This document shows, piece after piece, positions 43,520 through 46,532 of a DNA stretch of 46,532 nucleotides. How positions within the stretch are numbered: the stretch's first letter is position 1; each line of letters begins with the position of its first letter. The notes under the pieces are model-generated. The model had not been told where the DNA came from, did no database searches, and saw only the letters and a program-made list of their open reading frames with translations. Source of the DNA: a virus; the UHGV virus genome UHGV-0212526. One strand, written 5' to 3'. Position numbers and translations under genes: made by a program.

Positions 43520-43951
43520 TTATTGGTTAGCCGCTGCCCTTAAATCAATCGGGCCTTTGCGGGGTTCCTCGTAAATTTCTCCCGTTTCCGGGTCAAATGT
43601 CTGCGCCGGCTTCCGTACTTCTGTATAGGCCGCAGCTGGCGCCGCTGCAACAGATGTTACCTGGGGACGGTCGCTTCCATACTCGGACATCTCAATCCGG
43701 CCCGTATTGAGATCCTGGCCCACCAGGAATACCGTTTCTGATTTCTGGAATCCGGCCAGCTTGGTCTTGACCTCAAATTCAATGTCTATGGTTCCCCTGC
43801 TCCCTGGCTTGAACTTTAAATTAATCGTCATTCCGCGCGCCGCCGCAGGATCCATGTTTGGGTCCAGGATGTTCCGGCCTATCTGGGCCAGGGCCATTGT
43901 AAACTTTTCGGCCAGCTCTCCCCCGGCAATGTTGTCAAATGTGATTGCCAC
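43520..43951 (-). CDS. hypothetical protein (possible ssDNA-binding)
   Basis: 143-aa ORF adjacent to RecT; C-terminal acidic tail. Confidence 0.4.
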   Translation of the reverse strand: MAITFDNIAGGELAEKFTMALAQIGRNILDPNMDPAAARGMTINLKFKPGSRGTIDIEFEVKTKLAGFQKSETVFLVGQDLNTGRIEMSEYGSDRPQVTSVAAAPAAAYTEVRKPAQTFDPETGEIYEEPRKGPIDLRAAANQ

Positions 43952-43980
43952 TTAATCACCTCCTTCCTCAGATTGTTTCA

Positions 43981-44877
43981 TTATGAAAAGAAATTGTCTG
44001 CAACATCATTGCTCTGCTCAGGCTGAACAGTCTGCTCCATGGCTTCCTGTCCCTGTGATCCAACCTCCGGTTCCGGACTCACTGCCGGCTGCTCCGCAGC
44101 TATATTGTCCATATCTGTCTCCACATAATCCTTGGTTCCATCATCGTGGATGACAGCCATATCCGCATCTATGGCCTGTACCAGGTCAATGCTCATAATG
44201 CCCCATTTACTAATGAGCTGCCGGAGCATCGTCTTGTATGCCATACCATCAAAATCCTTTGCCCAGAATGTCCACTGTGTCCCTTTTTCCAGGTCTTTCT
44301 TGTATCCTGGGCTATATTTCTTGGCATGGGCTACCATTTTGCTCCTGCTCCAATACATAGCCTTGCGGAACCCGTTTACATACTCAAACATGGCATAGTA
44401 TCCAATCGTAGTGGCCTGTTCACGAAGTACTTCATCCTCAATCAATCTGACCTCTATTTCCTCATTCAGTGGGTCAAATCGAACCAGTTCCCCCTCCTTG
44501 ATTGCAAGAACATTAAGTTTTTTATACTGTCCACTCCGGATAGCCAGCTGGATATACCCTTTATAGCCAAGCTGGAACTGTGCTTCCTTGGCTCCCTTGC
44601 TTCTGTTGTCATATGGAACCATGTAAAACTGTCCTAACTGTGGACTGGGTGAAAGATTAAGGGATTCGCCTAATAGTGCTGCACTCAATATACTGGGGTT
44701 TGTGCACTCCTGCAGTGCGGGGGTGGCCTGAACCGCAGATACAATACTGGAAATAAACCTTGCTCCATTTTTTCCACCGATTATACTGTTAATCTGATTC
44801 TTAACTGCATCCTGCGCAAGGTATGCAGTCAATCCCTGTTTCTGGATCCTGCTTGTTAAACTGTTTCCTACTGCCAT
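43981..44877 (-). CDS. recT: RecT-family single-strand annealing protein
   Basis: 298 aa; central region alignable to RecT family; adjacent to YqaJ-like exonuclease. Confidence 0.85.
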   Translation of the reverse strand: MAVGNSLTSRIQKQGLTAYLAQDAVKNQINSIIGGKNGARFISSIVSAVQATPALQECTNPSILSAALLGESLNLSPSPQLGQFYMVPYDNRSKGAKEAQFQLGYKGYIQLAIRSGQYKKLNVLAIKEGELVRFDPLNEEIEVRLIEDEVLREQATTIGYYAMFEYVNGFRKAMYWSRSKMVAHAKKYSPGYKKDLEKGTQWTFWAKDFDGMAYKTMLRQLISKWGIMSIDLVQAIDADMAVIHDDGTKDYVETDMDNIAAEQPAVSPEPEVGSQGQEAMEQTVQPEQSNDVADNFFS

Positions 44878-44892
44878 TGTCTTATCCTCCTC

Positions 44893-45801
44893 TTACTGCT
44901 TCGGTACCGGCTCAAACCGGATACCGTTGGTTTTTAAAAAGTGCTTAAGTGCTGCCGCCTGTCCTGTTGTCACATACACCCGGAAATCAATGATATTCAC
45001 TGGATTTTCCACGGTCTCCATCCTGGGCTGCCGGACATCGGACTTGATATCAGGTTTTGTATCTGGTATTGGTTTTTCAGCCTCACGCTTTCCTGCATTG
45101 ATTACTTCCTGGGCCTCTGCCTTTATCCTGGCATCGCGCTCCGCTTTCTTTCTGGCCTGTTCCGCTTCATATTCCTTTCGTTTCTGTGCTGCCGCTTCCA
45201 GACGGTTCCGTTCTGCCATTGCGGCGCCAATATCATAATTCCGAAGGAAAACCTCCTTCATATCCCCGGCGTATGGGCTGTCCACCTCATTCAGTATAGC
45301 CAGGCCCTCGTCAACCCGCTGGATAAGAGCGGTTATTTCCTCTTTGATGGACTTCATGGTGGTGGAAGTCAGGGCATATTCTGGTTTCATTACACGTTCA
45401 AAGGGTAGATATTTTTCGATATCATGGATATTTGCGTCATAAAAGTCCCGGACCTTGGCTGTCTTTTCCTCGCGCTGGCGACGCTCATAATCTTTAATCT
45501 GGCCATCTATATTATCAATGGCTTTCCGAACAATACCCTCAATGTCCTTTACTTCTCTCCCGAACTGTCCATCTGGCGCCAGGAGCTTCTTCCTGACTTT
45601 CGTCCGGGTTCCAGTCAAGGCTTCTATAAATTTATTAAGCTTGGCCTTATCTGCCTTAGCCTGCTTGATGGTTTCATCCGTGTACACAGACGCAGCATAC
45701 TCATCCGCAGCAATTGAAACCTCTGCCTTAAGTTCCTCATAGTTCCATTCGATTTTCTGGACAAACCCATCTTCCTGCGGGTTGTAAATTTTCAGTTCCA
45801 T
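44893..45801 (-). CDS. recombination-module protein, DUF1351-like
   Basis: 302 aa coiled-coil-rich protein between exonuclease and RecT. Confidence 0.4.
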   Translation of the reverse strand: MELKIYNPQEDGFVQKIEWNYEELKAEVSIAADEYAASVYTDETIKQAKADKAKLNKFIEALTGTRTKVRKKLLAPDGQFGREVKDIEGIVRKAIDNIDGQIKDYERRQREEKTAKVRDFYDANIHDIEKYLPFERVMKPEYALTSTTMKSIKEEITALIQRVDEGLAILNEVDSPYAGDMKEVFLRNYDIGAAMAERNRLEAAAQKRKEYEAEQARKKAERDARIKAEAQEVINAGKREAEKPIPDTKPDIKSDVRQPRMETVENPVNIIDFRVYVTTGQAAALKHFLKTNGIRFEPVPKQ

Positions 45802-45808
45802 CCCTCAC

Positions 45809-46462
45809 CTATATCGCCGGGAGAATCAGATCCGGCCTGCGTCCCGTGACCACACAGTCCCAGAACCGCCTTTCGGCCTCAACCAGATACTTGATGTCCT
45901 CCTCAACGTCCTTTCGCTCTATAAAATAATGTTTGGTTGTAATCCGCAACTCCCCGCCCCATTCGCTTTTGAGCTGGGCTTTAAGGACTGCAAAATCATA
46001 TTCCGTCACGGCCAGGTAATGCAGCGCCTGACAGAAATAATTATCCGGTATCCGGTCACGCCACTTCTCACGCTGCATGCTTTGCAGGATATTGGTGGTC
46101 TTTATTTCCAGGATTCCGCGGCGACCATTCTTATCCACAAGCTCGCCATCCAGGGAGGCATGCATCCACGGATAGGCCGTATTTGTAAACATGTTATCCT
46201 CGTCATAGGTCACTCGGTATTGTGGATAATCCATGGCGAATAAGGCTCTCAGATGTTTTTCCGCTTCGGTACCATACCTGACGTATTCCCGGTCCGATAT
46301 ATCCTCCGGAATAACCAAGCCACGTTTTTCTTCCCAAAGCTGCACATTGTCTTTGTAAGGGTTCATCCCCACGCAAGCACTGGCATCAGAGCCGCCGATA
46401 TGTCCCTTACGTCCTTCCAGCCATTCCTCCCGGCTTTTAAATATGCGCTTGCTTACTGACAT
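45809..46462 (-). CDS. YqaJ-like viral recombinase exonuclease (lambda-Exo fold)
   Basis: GGSDASACVGMNPYK motif and downstream acidic/Lys catalytic residues typical of YqaJ; start MSVSKR with GGAAGGTG RBS (ORF track 45809..46471). Confidence 0.8.
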   Translation of the reverse strand: MSVSKRIFKSREEWLEGRKGHIGGSDASACVGMNPYKDNVQLWEEKRGLVIPEDISDREYVRYGTEAEKHLRALFAMDYPQYRVTYDEDNMFTNTAYPWMHASLDGELVDKNGRRGILEIKTTNILQSMQREKWRDRIPDNYFCQALHYLAVTEYDFAVLKAQLKSEWGGELRITTKHYFIERKDVEEDIKYLVEAERRFWDCVVTGRRPDLILPAI

Positions 46463-46532
46463 CTTGTTCACCTTCCAATCTCATTAACTTCCCGCAGTTT
46501 GGACACGGCGTAATCTCACCCAGCAGGGACCA

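Overview
The whole 46.5-kb window is phage DNA with no host flank visible. It reads as a temperate siphovirus-like genome of a low-GC Gram-positive (Clostridia-type) host. Almost every gene is on the minus strand, so phage transcription runs from the window end back toward its start. From 46532 down to ~35300 lies an early/recombination-replication module: YqaJ-like exonuclease, a DUF1351-like protein, RecT, an Hjc-like resolvase, a DnaD-like replisome organiser with in-gene 15-bp tandem repeats, a G39P-like loader, an orphan N6-adenine methyltransferase and a run of small Cys-rich zinc-ribbon ORFs. An ArpU/RinA-like late activator sits at 34803..35288, followed by a ~1.7-kb AT-rich accessory island at 33120..34800. 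From 33036 down to 13022 is the late operon: TerS, TerL, SPP1-type portal, MuF/gp7-like minor head protein with a C-terminal HEXXH extension, scaffold, major capsid with a C-terminal Ig-like domain, head-tail connectors, major tail protein, chaperones, a 1246-aa tape measure, tail tip and Gly-rich fibres. Two different IS256-family insertion sequences sit back to back inside the fibre region (10043..13077). One has a clean 9-bp target duplication and splits a small phage gene; the other truncates a fibre gene. A PBSX-like lysis cassette follows (XkdW/XkdX-like, membrane protein, holin, NlpC/P60 endolysin with cell-wall-binding repeats; 6581..8965). The left end carries the lysogeny module on the plus strand: a large serine recombinase, a standalone Spo0A C-terminal-domain protein, an XRE repressor, an ImmA-like metalloprotease and an AT-rich 300-aa moron, with a divergent Cro-like XRE regulator, a Bro-N/KilA-C antirepressor and small early genes running off the window start. 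The gene order fits a circularly closed, non-integrated or arbitrarily opened temperate phage genome, because the integrase is flanked by phage genes on both sides. The best candidates for an undescribed system are the terS-proximal island (small Lys-tailed membrane peptide with convergent antisense promoter, small XRE HTH, AT-rich 4-TM protein) and the ImmA-adjacent moron. No tRNA, rRNA or CRISPR was seen. Coordinates of hand-located small elements are approximate (about +/-2 nt).
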